Origin: Candidatus Karelsulcia muelleri
Lineage (GTDB): Bacteria > Bacteroidota > Bacteroidia > Flavobacteriales > Blattabacteriaceae
NCBI RefSeq assembly: GCF_003214255.1
Contig: NZ_CP029011.1
Span: 1 to 32,000, forward strand
Length of the DNA stretch: 32,000 nucleotides
Direction of reading: 5' to 3'
In this document: one piece after another, positions 1 to 9,345 of the stretch
Numbering within the stretch: the stretch's first letter is position 1
Layout: every line of letters begins with the position of its first letter
Notes under the pieces: model-generated
Told to the model about the DNA's origin: nothing
The model's input: only the letters and a program-made list of their open reading frames with translations
Database searches by the model: none
Position numbers and translations under genes: made by a program

Positions 1-675
1 ATGTATAAAAATCAAAAAGTTTTTTTTGAAAACTTAAAAAAAAAAAAATTTCAAGTAACTTGGAAATATCAAAAAAAATTATTGAATATTATTCTTAATA
101 TTTTGTTTTATAATAGATATTTTCAAAAACAATTAAAAATAATTCCTAATTACCTATTAATTGTAGAACATTCTAATGTTTATACATTAGGAAGAAGAGG
201 ATTTTATAAAAATTTATTGTTTAATAAAAACAAAATTCCAATTTCTAAAATTGATAGAGGGGGGGATATTACTTACCATGGGCCTGGTCAATTAGTTTGT
301 TATCCTATAATTTATATTAAAAATCTCTCTTTAGAGATAAAGAAATATTTACGTCTTCTGGAAGAAGTGATAATTCAACTTCTATTTAATTTTTTAATTA
401 AAGGATATAGCAAATTACCTGAAACAGGAGTTTGGGTTAAAAATAGGAAAATTTGTGCAATTGGAATTAAAATAAGTAGATTGGTAACAATGCATGGTTT
501 TGCCTTAAATGTCAATACAAATTTACATTATTATAATAACATAATTCCATGTGGAATTAAAAATAAAGGCGTTACTTCTATAAAAAAAGAAAAAAAAAAG
601 ATTGTTTCTATGTATAAAGTTATTTTTTTTTTAAAAAAAAAATTAAATTATATTTTGAATATTAAATTCATTTAA
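1..675 (+). CDS. lipB: Octanoyl/lipoyl transferase LipB
   Basis: The 224-aa ORF carries LipB hallmarks: RGGDITYHGPGQLV, KICAIGIK, HGFALNV and PCG. The ATG sits at window position 1, so the true 5' end could lie upstream. The stop is TAA at 673-675. Confidence 0.85.
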   Translation: MYKNQKVFFENLKKKKFQVTWKYQKKLLNIILNILFYNRYFQKQLKIIPNYLLIVEHSNVYTLGRRGFYKNLLFNKNKIPISKIDRGGDITYHGPGQLVCYPIIYIKNLSLEIKKYLRLLEEVIIQLLFNFLIKGYSKLPETGVWVKNRKICAIGIKISRLVTMHGFALNVNTNLHYYNNIIPCGIKNKGVTSIKKEKKKIVSMYKVIFFLKKKLNYILNIKFI

Positions 676-1820
676 ATCAGATTTAAAGATTGGTTTAATA
701 ATTTTTTAATACGGGGGATATTAGGATTAATTCCAGATATACAATTTTTAGAAAAGGAAAAACAAGCCTCACCTATTAATTTGGCAGACTCTAAAAAATT
801 CGAACCTATAACAGGTTTACAAACTCCTGAACCGGAAGCTAGAGAAATAGTAGTATCATTTCCTATCACTTTAATTGAAACCATACAGAAGGCTTCACAT
901 TGAGTGGAATTGATTTTTCCTGAGGAAGAGGGAATAATTATTTCTCCATCTCCAATTACAGAAGACATCATTCTAATATCATTAGATATTTTAAAAAGAG
1001 AAATTGCAAGATTTTTTAAAATCCCATGTGTAATTACTATTGTTTCATGTGAGGATAATGCTGAAAATTTATTTTTTGCAGTTTTAAATTCAAAACCAGT
1101 TAAATTAGAAATATAATTCACTACTTTTAAAGCAAATCGGCAATTTCCAATAGCTAATTCAAGGATATTATTTATAATGTTTTTTAATTCTTTAATTACT
1201 TTATCAAGTTGTGAAACATAAGCTGAAAATTCTTGTCCTAGGGACGGAGCATCCAGAAGATGAGTTATTCCGATTTTTATAATATTTTTATAATCAAAAG
1301 ATTTTAATTTTAAGGAATTCCGTAATTTTTTTATTCCTGGAATTGTTTTTTCAATTAATATTTTATATGATGTTATCTGCATCGCAGTTGTAAAGGCATC
1401 ATTAGATGATTGAGATTTATTTACATCATCATTCGGATTAATGGAAGATATTCCTTCACCTAATTTTTTGCCTGATAAAACATGAGCTCTATTTGAAATA
1501 ACTTCATTTATGTTAATATTAGTTTGTGATCCAGTTTGCCAGATAACTAATGGAAAATTATTATTTAATTTTCCTTCTAATATTTCATCACAAACCTTTG
1601 TAATAATTTTTTTTTTTTTTTTAGATAAAAATCCTAATTCATAATTAGTAATTGCAGCAGCTTTTTTTAGATATGCTAAACCAGAAATAATTTCTATTGG
1701 CATAGAATATTTTTTCCCTATTTTAAAATTAATTTTAGATCTTTCCGTTTGTGCCCCCCAATATTTTTTATTTGAAACTTCTATAGTTCCTAAAGAATCT
1801 TTTTCTATCCGAAAAGTCAT
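672..1820 (-). pseudogene. fumC: Class II fumarate hydratase (FumC) homolog, shrunken and motif-eroded but still one open frame
   Basis: The 382-aa ORF aligns along E. coli FumC (KDSLG..WGAQT, NPNDDVNKSQSSND, KIGxTHL, TQCEA). In-frame deletions remove GTAVGTGLN and most of the GSSIMPGKVN SS-loop. About 55 C-terminal residues are missing. A T16 run (A16 on the coding strand) lies at 1607-1622. Confidence 0.6.
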
Positions 1821-1884
1821 ATATTTTTATATGTTAAAATTTTTTATATATATATTAAATTAAAAGATATATATTTAGTTTTTT

Positions 1885-1918
1885 ATGAACCTTATGAACC
1901 TTATGAACCTTATGAACC
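1885..1918 (+). repeat. 9-bp tandem repeat (ATGAACCTT) x3 plus a partial copy, at the yidC start
   Basis: Units lie at 1885-1893, 1894-1902 and 1903-1911, with a partial copy at 1912-1918. They encode MNLMNLMNLMN. Each unit carries an in-frame ATG. Confidence 0.95.
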
Positions 1919-3573
1919 AAAAAAGGAAAAAAAATTTATATTTCCTGATAGGAATAGGAATATATTTAATTTTTTTCTTATTTTTAATTTATTTTTTCTT
2001 TTTTAATCTGAAAAAAGAAAATTCATTAAATAAAAAAAAAATAGAACTTTTTAAAAAAGAATTAATTCAAAATAATTTAATTAAAACTCAAGAGTTAAAG
2101 TTAAAAAAAATTAAAGAAAAAGAAGTTATTCTAGAAAATAATGTTTTAAAATTAAGTTTCTCCACAATAGGTGGAAATATTAAAAATCTTTTTTTAAAGA
2201 AAAATACAAATATCTCTATAGAAACTGATAATTTTTCTCTTCTTAAAGAGAATAGCTCTTTATTTGGATTAGAATTTACTAATAAATTTGGTAAAAAAAT
2301 TGAGACTTATAAACTTGAATTTCTTCCTGAAATTAAAGAAGATCTATTTAAATATACTCTAAATATGCATGCTCAATTAGAGCCGAATGTTTCTATTGAT
2401 TATGTATATGTTGTTTATAAAGGAAATAATTATTATATAGATTTTTTTATTAAATCTAAAGGTCTTTCTGAATATGTCTCAAAAAATTCTTTTAATTTTG
2501 AATGGAGTCAAAAAATATTAAATCTTGAAAAAGAAAAAACAATAGAAAAAAAATATACTAATATCTCCTTTAGGATTAATTCAAAAAAAAATAAAATTAA
2601 TTTTTTTGATAAAAAAAAATATTCTTTTAAAGAATTAGATAATTTATATTGGATCGCTAATAAACAACAATTTTTTGCATCTATTTTATGCTTTAAAAAT
2701 CAATTAACAATTGATAATTCAAAAAAAATTTTAATTTATTCTGAAAATCTCAATTCTGATTCCGAATTAAAATTTTCTGAATTAAAAATTCCCTTTCTTT
2801 TAAAAAAAGAAGAAGAATTAAATTGTGATTATAAATGGTATTTTGGACCATTAGATTATCATATCTTAAAACAATCTAAAGATGGTTTTGAGCAAATAAT
2901 TCCTTTTGGAAAAGGAATAGCCAAAGTTTTAAATAGATATTTTTTTTTAAATTTATTTGAACTTTTTGAAAAAGCTAATATTAATTCTGGAATAATAATC
3001 ATTTTAATGACTATTGTAGTAAAATTACTTCTTTCTCCAATTACTTATTCTCAATATAAGTTCAATTTCTTCATGCAAAATTTATTAATGCAAACAAAAT
3101 TTTTTTTAAATCCACAGATTTTAATTGAATTTTATAAAAAAATTGGAATTAATCCGATATATAGTTTATTAGGAAATATGATTCAAATACCTATATTTTA
3201 TTCATTAATGAATTTTTTTCCAACATTAATAAATTTAAGAGGAAAAAGGTTTTTATGGGCAAAAAATTTATCTTATTCTGATAGAATTTTAAATTTAAAT
3301 TTTAATATTCCAATTTATGGAAATCATATAAGTTTGTTTAATATATTTAATATTCTAATATTATTTTTTTTTCCAAAAATAAGGAAAAGGAATAGGTTTT
3401 ATAAATCTAAAACAAATAGAATATATATATTATTTTATATAATGATGTTATTCTTTTTTAATAATTATCCTTCTGGAATATATATATATTATATTTCATC
3501 TAATATAATTAATATTTTATTCTATTCTCTAATAGATTTTTCTTTTCAAGAATTGAAAATTCCTATAATATGA
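1885..3573 (+). CDS. yidC: Membrane protein insertase YidC (long form with periplasmic domain)
   Basis: The 562-aa ORF has an N-terminal transmembrane segment, a large middle domain and a C-terminal multi-TM core resembling the YidC/Oxa1 core (..IIILMTIVVKLLLSPIT.., ..PSGIYIYYISSN..). The stop TGA overlaps the valS ATG as ATGA. Confidence 0.8.
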   Translation: MNLMNLMNLMNQKRKKNLYFLIGIGIYLIFFLFLIYFFFFNLKKENSLNKKKIELFKKELIQNNLIKTQELKLKKIKEKEVILENNVLKLSFSTIGGNIKNLFLKKNTNISIETDNFSLLKENSSLFGLEFTNKFGKKIETYKLEFLPEIKEDLFKYTLNMHAQLEPNVSIDYVYVVYKGNNYYIDFFIKSKGLSEYVSKNSFNFEWSQKILNLEKEKTIEKKYTNISFRINSKKNKINFFDKKKYSFKELDNLYWIANKQQFFASILCFKNQLTIDNSKKILIYSENLNSDSELKFSELKIPFLLKKEEELNCDYKWYFGPLDYHILKQSKDGFEQIIPFGKGIAKVLNRYFFLNLFELFEKANINSGIIIILMTIVVKLLLSPITYSQYKFNFFMQNLLMQTKFFLNPQILIEFYKKIGINPIYSLLGNMIQIPIFYSLMNFFPTLINLRGKRFLWAKNLSYSDRILNLNFNIPIYGNHISLFNIFNILILFFFPKIRKRNRFYKSKTNRIYILFYIMMLFFFNNYPSGIYIYYISSNIINILFYSLIDFSFQELKIPII

Positions 3574-6215
3574 ACTTTTTAAAAGGATATGATACTAAAA
3601 AAGTAGAAAAGAAAATATATCAATATTGGATAAATAAAAATTATTTTTCATCTATTCCAGATAATAGAAAATCATATACTATTATAATGCCTCCACCTAA
3701 TATTACTGGTATTTTACATATGGGGCATATTCTTAATAATACAATACAAGATATCTTAACCCGTTATGCTAGAATGAAGGGATATAATGCATGTTGGGTG
3801 CCTGGTTTAGATCATGCTTCTATTGCTACAGAAGCCAAAATAGTTTTTAATTTAAAAAAAAAAGGAATTTCTAAAAAAAAAATAGGAAGAAAAAAATTTT
3901 TTAATTATGCATTAAAATGGAAAAAGAAATATGAAAAAATTATAATTAATCAATTAAAAAAAATTGGGTGTTCTTGTGATTGGAAAAGAAAAAAATTCTC
4001 TTTAGAGAAAGAAATTACTGATTCTGTTACGAAAATATTTGTGAAACTTTATAAAGAAGGAAAAATATATAGAAAATATAGTATTGTTAATTGGGATCCA
4101 TATGCTCAAACTACCGTTTCAAACGAAGAAATAATATATAAAAAATATAATGGAAAATTATATTATATTAAATATAAAATTGAAGGACAAAATAATTTTG
4201 TAACAGTAGCTACTACAAGACCAGAAACTATACTAGCAGATACAGCCATTTGCATTAATCCAAATGATAAAAGATTTTTGTTTTTAAAAAATCAAAGAGT
4301 ACTTAATCCATTAAGTTTAAAATCAATTCCTATTATTGAAGATGATTTTGTTGATATGAATTTTGGTACAGGATGTTTAAAAATTTCTCCTGCTCATGAT
4401 TTAAATGATAAATTAATTGCTGAGAAACATCATTTATCAATTATTAATTTATTTGATGATAAAGCCTTTTTAAATAAAAATGGATTAAATTTTTTGGGAT
4501 TAAATAGATTTAAAGCAAGAAAAAAAATTATTCAATTTTTGAAAAAAAAAAATCAATTAGTAAAAATTGAAAATTACATCTATAAAATAGGAATTTCTGA
4601 ACGGACAAAATCTATAATTGAACCCAAATTATCATTACAATGGTTTATAAAAATGAAAGATTTTATTTTTCCTACTTTAAATTTTGTGAAAAAAATTAAT
4701 ATTTATCCAGAGAAATTTAAAAAAAATTTTTATCAATGGCTTTATAAAATTAATGATTGGAATATCTCTCGTCAATTATGGTGGGGTCATCGATTACCGG
4801 TTTATTATTACAATAATAAAGATTATGTTGTTTCAGAAACAATTGAAGAAGCTTTAATAGAAGCACGTTTAAAAAGTAATAATAATTTTTTATCATATAA
4901 AGATCTTAAACAAGAAAATGATGTTTTAGATACATGGTTTTCTTCCTGGTTATGGCCTATATCTATTTTTGATGGCATTAGAAATCCTAATAATAATGAA
5001 ATTAAGTATTATTATCCTACTCAAGATTTAGTGACTGCACCTGATATCTTATTTTTTTGGGTAATACGTATGATTATGTCAGGATATTATTTAATGAATA
5101 ATTATCCTTTTAAAAATATCTATTTTACTGGAATAGTGAAAGATAAAAAAAATATAAAAATGTCTAAATCTTTAGGAAATTCTCCGAATCCTATTGATTT
5201 GATTAAAAAATATGGTGCTGATGCCGTTCGTGTTGGAGTTTTATTAAGTTCAAATGCAGGAATTGATTTAATTTTTGATGAAAATATTTGTATAAAAGGA
5301 AGAAATTTAACTAATAAAATTTGGAATGCATTTAAATTAATAAAATCTTTTAAAGGAGTTTTTTATTTAAAACCAAACTATTCTGATGAATTAACCATTA
5401 AATGGTTTTATTATAAATTGAATAAATGTTTAGAATTGATAAAATATTATATAAAAAATTATAAAATTTCAGAATCTTTTCTTTTAATTTATAAATTATT
5501 TTGGAATGATTTTTGTTCATTTTTTTTAGAAAAAATAAAATCTAAAATTTTAAATAAAAAAATAAGAAATAAAACAATATTTTTTTTTAAACAAATAATA
5601 AAATTATTTCATCCTTATATTCCATTTTTAACAGAAAAAATTTGGCAATTTTTGAAATTAAAAAATTATGATAATGATTTAATCATTACTAATTGGCCAA
5701 TTCCAATTAGTTCAATTTATGAAAAAGAATTTATTAAAAAATTTAATAGATCTCTTAATTTTTTAAAAAAAATTAGAAAATTATGTGTTTTAAATAAATT
5801 TGGAAAAAAAGAAAAATTAATTATTTTAATTGAAAATAAAAATTTTTTATTTTATTCATTATTTTTAAAATTAGGAATTATAAGTTCTTTAATTTTTTTA
5901 AAAAAAGAAAAAAAAAATTATTTTTCATTTTCATTTGAAAGAAAAGAATTTTTTTTAAAAAAAAAAATAAAAAAACTTTCTTTAAAAGAAAAAGAAAAGA
6001 TTAATAAAAAAATATTTTTTTATAAACTTTTTTTAAAATTTATTAAAAAAAAAATTGATAATCAAAAATTTTTGAAAAAAGCTTCATTCCAATTAATTAA
6101 AAAAGAAAAAAAAAAAGAAATAGATTGTATTCAAAATATTTTTTTTTTAAAAAAAAAAAAAAATAAGATTTTTGATCCTACTAAATTAAAAAAATATGAA
6201 ATTTATATCTTCTAG
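3570..6215 (+). CDS. valS: Valine--tRNA ligase
   Basis: The 881-aa ORF has the HIGH region PPPNITGILHMGHILN, KMSKSLGN, WNISRQLWWGHRLP and TRPETILADTA. The C-terminal third is a degenerate K-rich low-complexity sequence. The stop is TAG. Confidence 0.95.
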   Translation: MNFLKGYDTKKVEKKIYQYWINKNYFSSIPDNRKSYTIIMPPPNITGILHMGHILNNTIQDILTRYARMKGYNACWVPGLDHASIATEAKIVFNLKKKGISKKKIGRKKFFNYALKWKKKYEKIIINQLKKIGCSCDWKRKKFSLEKEITDSVTKIFVKLYKEGKIYRKYSIVNWDPYAQTTVSNEEIIYKKYNGKLYYIKYKIEGQNNFVTVATTRPETILADTAICINPNDKRFLFLKNQRVLNPLSLKSIPIIEDDFVDMNFGTGCLKISPAHDLNDKLIAEKHHLSIINLFDDKAFLNKNGLNFLGLNRFKARKKIIQFLKKKNQLVKIENYIYKIGISERTKSIIEPKLSLQWFIKMKDFIFPTLNFVKKINIYPEKFKKNFYQWLYKINDWNISRQLWWGHRLPVYYYNNKDYVVSETIEEALIEARLKSNNNFLSYKDLKQENDVLDTWFSSWLWPISIFDGIRNPNNNEIKYYYPTQDLVTAPDILFFWVIRMIMSGYYLMNNYPFKNIYFTGIVKDKKNIKMSKSLGNSPNPIDLIKKYGADAVRVGVLLSSNAGIDLIFDENICIKGRNLTNKIWNAFKLIKSFKGVFYLKPNYSDELTIKWFYYKLNKCLELIKYYIKNYKISESFLLIYKLFWNDFCSFFLEKIKSKILNKKIRNKTIFFFKQIIKLFHPYIPFLTEKIWQFLKLKNYDNDLIITNWPIPISSIYEKEFIKKFNRSLNFLKKIRKLCVLNKFGKKEKLIILIENKNFLFYSLFLKLGIISSLIFLKKEKKNYFSFSFERKEFFLKKKIKKLSLKEKEKINKKIFFYKLFLKFIKKKIDNQKFLKKASFQLIKKEKKKEIDCIQNIFFLKKKKNKIFDPTKLKKYEIYIF

Positions 6216-7311
6216 TAATGAGCTATTACGATCCTTAAAAGATATTTTATATGTTATAAATATAACTAATAAATTACCAATTTTAGAAAATTTTTTATTT
6301 AAAATAAAAGAAAAAAATGTGTTAACTATAACTGTTTCGGATTTAGAAATTACTATGACTATTAGTCTAAATATTAATTCTATTAATTTTGGGAGTGCTG
6401 TAATTCCTCATAAAATTTTACTAGAAATTTTAAAAAAGATTCCAGAACAACCTTTAACTTTTTGTAAAGAAAAAGAAAATAAATTAAAAATTCTTTCTCA
6501 GAATGGAGAATATGATTTATCTATTTTTTCTTCAGAAGAATATCCAAAATATTCTTTATTAAGAAATAATAATCATTTCTTAATTTCTGAAAAAATATTA
6601 TTAAATATTATAAATAATACTTTATTTGCAGTAGGAAATGATGAAATTCGTCCAGTTCTTAATGGAGTTTTTTTTGATATAGAAAATAATATTTCAAATT
6701 TTGTTTCAACAAATTCTAATTTGTTAGTAAAATATTCTATAAAAGATTTGAGTTTTAATAAAGAAATTAGATTGATTATTCCTAAAAAACCTTTAAATTT
6801 ATTAAAATATAATTTAAATGATACAAATAATAATGTTTATATATCATATAATGATTTAAATACATCTTTTTTTTTTAAAAACAAAAAAATTATATGTAGT
6901 CTTCTAAATGGAAATTATCCAAATTATAAATCTCTTCTGAAGAAGAAGTATAATAAAATCTTAATTATAAATAAAAATTATTTTCTTAATGCTATTAAGC
7001 GGGTAACATTATTTTCAAATAGATTAACCTATCAAATAATATTAAATTTTTCTAAAAAAAGATCTCAAATATCTTCATTTGATATAAATTATAATAAGAA
7101 AGCATTTGAATATTTATTTTGTAATTATGATGGAGAACCATTAGAAATAGTTTTTAATTCAAAATATTTAATAGAAATATTATCTAACATTAATTGTGAG
7201 GATATTAAATTTGAAATGTTAAATAATAATTCTTCTTGTAGAATATCACCTCTTATGAAGAATTATAAAAAAGAAGAAATATTAATATTAATTATGCCTT
7301 TATCTAAATGA
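6196..7311 (+). CDS. dnaN: DNA polymerase III beta subunit (sliding clamp)
   Basis: The 371-aa ORF starts MKFISSSNELLRSL and has clamp-like three-domain length and motifs (RPVLNGVFF, NGNYPNY). It overlaps the valS 3' end by 20 bp. Confidence 0.85.
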   Translation: MKFISSSNELLRSLKDILYVINITNKLPILENFLFKIKEKNVLTITVSDLEITMTISLNINSINFGSAVIPHKILLEILKKIPEQPLTFCKEKENKLKILSQNGEYDLSIFSSEEYPKYSLLRNNNHFLISEKILLNIINNTLFAVGNDEIRPVLNGVFFDIENNISNFVSTNSNLLVKYSIKDLSFNKEIRLIIPKKPLNLLKYNLNDTNNNVYISYNDLNTSFFFKNKKIICSLLNGNYPNYKSLLKKKYNKILIINKNYFLNAIKRVTLFSNRLTYQIILNFSKKRSQISSFDINYNKKAFEYLFCNYDGEPLEIVFNSKYLIEILSNINCEDIKFEMLNNNSSCRISPLMKNYKKEEILILIMPLSK

Positions 7312-9341
7312 AAATCTCTTTTAATTGGTTAAAATTGTATCTTGATACTGAAGTATCTATTAAATTTATTTGTAAAATATTAACTGATATAGGACTTTTA
7401 GTAGAAAATTTAAAAAAAATAAAAAATTTAAATTCTTTTCAAGAAGATTATTTAATAGAATTAAATATTCCTACTAATAGGAGAGATGTAATGAGTCATT
7501 ATGGAATAGCAAGAGATTTAAATATTGCTCTAAAATCTAGAGGATTTAAATCTAAAATGAAAGATTTCCCATCTGTTTCTCTTTTTAAAAAAGAAATTAA
7601 TTTTAAAAACCTTAAATGTTTTATCGAAAAAAATAAAAAATGTATAAGATATTCTTATACTACTTTATCTAATATTAAAGTTTTAGATTCTCCTAATTGG
7701 TTAAAAAATTACCTAAATAATATAGGTTGTATTTCTACAAATAACATTTTAGATATAGAAAATTTTATTTTGTATGAATTAGGGAAACCTATCAGAATTT
7801 ATGATTTAGATAAAATTAAAAATTTTTCTCTTTCTTTAAAAGAATCCCCCAAAAAATTTTGGTTTAATAAAAAATTTTTTTCATCTAAAAATGATTTAAT
7901 ATTATTTAATGAGAAAAATCCTATTTGTATAGCAGGTTTATTAGTTAATAAGAATTTTATTGTTGAGAAATTAACAAAAAATATTTTTATTGAAAGTGCT
8001 GATTATTCAGCAGAATATATTTATAAAATTGCCAAAAAATATAATATAAAAAATGAGTTTTCAATTAGATTTGAAAGAGGATTAGATCCCAATTTAAATA
8101 TTTATGCATTAAAACGGGCTGCATTATTAATAAAAAAACTTTCTGGAGGAAAAATTTCCTCCAAAATAGTGGATTTTTATCCAGAAAAACCAGAAAAAAA
8201 TATAGATCTTTTTATAAGATTTAACAAAATTAATAATATTATTGGATATAATTTAAATTTTATTAAAATAAAAGAAATATTAATTTTATTAAAAATTAAA
8301 GTTTTAAAAGAAAATTTTAATGGATTAAAAATTAAAATTCCGTTCTCTAGAAAAGATATAACCCGGGAAATAGATGTTATTGAAGAAATATTAAGAATAT
8401 ATGGATATAATCATTTTAATTGTAAAGAAAAAATTTATTTTTCTTGTAAAAAAAGAAATTTTCTATTAAAAAAAGAAAAGATGATTGAAAATATGATTTC
8501 TAATCAATTAAATTCACATGGTTTTTATGAAATTTTAAATAGTTCTTTAACTGAAACAAAATACTCAAAATATGAAAATAATAATTTTTATGAAAAAATA
8601 TTTATTTTTAATTCAAAAAATAAAAATTTTTCTTTTTTAAGAGATAATCTTTTATTTGGGATACTTGAAAAAATTTCATCGAATAAAAATAAATATAAAT
8701 TTTTTGAATGGGGAAAAAAATATTTTTTTTATAAAAAAAATATTTTAGAAAATAAAACTCTTGGAATAATTTGTGCAAAGAATAATAATTATAATTCTTT
8801 TTTTAAATTTAAAGGAATTATAGAACAATTAATAATTAGATGTGGAATAAATGTTGAGAATCAAAAAATATATAAAAACGGAATTTACTTTAATTATAAA
8901 AAAAATATAATTTGTAATATTGGATATATTAAAAAGGCTATTTTAGAAGAATTTGAAATTTTACAGAATATTTTATATGCAGATATAAATTGGGATATTA
9001 TTCTTCTTCTTTTAAAAAAAGAAGAAAAAAGTTTTTTTAAAAAAAAATATCATAAATATAATTTTACTATTTATAGAAGAGATATTTCTTTACTCATTGA
9101 GAAAAAAATTTCTTTTGAAGAAATAAAAAAACTTTCTTTTTATAAAGAAAATAAAATTTTAAAAAAAATTCATTTATTAGATGAATATAATTCGAAAAAT
9201 TTTCCTTTTGGAAAAAAATCTTATACTATAAGTTTTTTTTTTCAAAATTTGAAAAATAATTTAACTGAAACTATAATTGAAAAAACTATTAATAAATTAA
9301 AATTTATTTTTATAAAAAAAATAAAAGCTATTATAAGGTAA
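7308..9341 (+). CDS. pheT: Phenylalanine--tRNA ligase beta subunit, lacking the N-terminal OB-fold tRNA-binding domain
   Basis: The 677-aa ORF starts MKISFNWLKLYL, the PheT B1 start. It then passes directly to ..IELNIPTNRRDVMSHYGIARDL.., which matches E. coli [17 protein letters not shown]. Also present are RFERGLDP and DVIEEILRIYGYN. It overlaps the dnaN stop as ATGA. Confidence 0.85.
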   Translation: MKISFNWLKLYLDTEVSIKFICKILTDIGLLVENLKKIKNLNSFQEDYLIELNIPTNRRDVMSHYGIARDLNIALKSRGFKSKMKDFPSVSLFKKEINFKNLKCFIEKNKKCIRYSYTTLSNIKVLDSPNWLKNYLNNIGCISTNNILDIENFILYELGKPIRIYDLDKIKNFSLSLKESPKKFWFNKKFFSSKNDLILFNEKNPICIAGLLVNKNFIVEKLTKNIFIESADYSAEYIYKIAKKYNIKNEFSIRFERGLDPNLNIYALKRAALLIKKLSGGKISSKIVDFYPEKPEKNIDLFIRFNKINNIIGYNLNFIKIKEILILLKIKVLKENFNGLKIKIPFSRKDITREIDVIEEILRIYGYNHFNCKEKIYFSCKKRNFLLKKEKMIENMISNQLNSHGFYEILNSSLTETKYSKYENNNFYEKIFIFNSKNKNFSFLRDNLLFGILEKISSNKNKYKFFEWGKKYFFYKKNILENKTLGIICAKNNNYNSFFKFKGIIEQLIIRCGINVENQKIYKNGIYFNYKKNIICNIGYIKKAILEEFEILQNILYADINWDIILLLLKKEEKSFFKKKYHKYNFTIYRRDISLLIEKKISFEEIKKLSFYKENKILKKIHLLDEYNSKNFPFGKKSYTISFFFQNLKNNLTETIIEKTINKLKFIFIKKIKAIIR

Positions 9342-9345
9342 AATT

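Noticed and set aside
904-1116. A 70-aa plus-strand ORF inside the fumC region.
   Set aside because: It is antisense to a recognisable FumC homolog and has no recognisable motifs. It is best explained as a chance open frame opposite a conserved gene.
6100-6200. A possible replication origin or dnaA context upstream of dnaN.
   Set aside because: dnaN is preceded by valS, which overlaps it, rather than by dnaA. I found no clustered TTATCCACA-like boxes by eye. Origin assignment needs a whole-genome GC-skew analysis.
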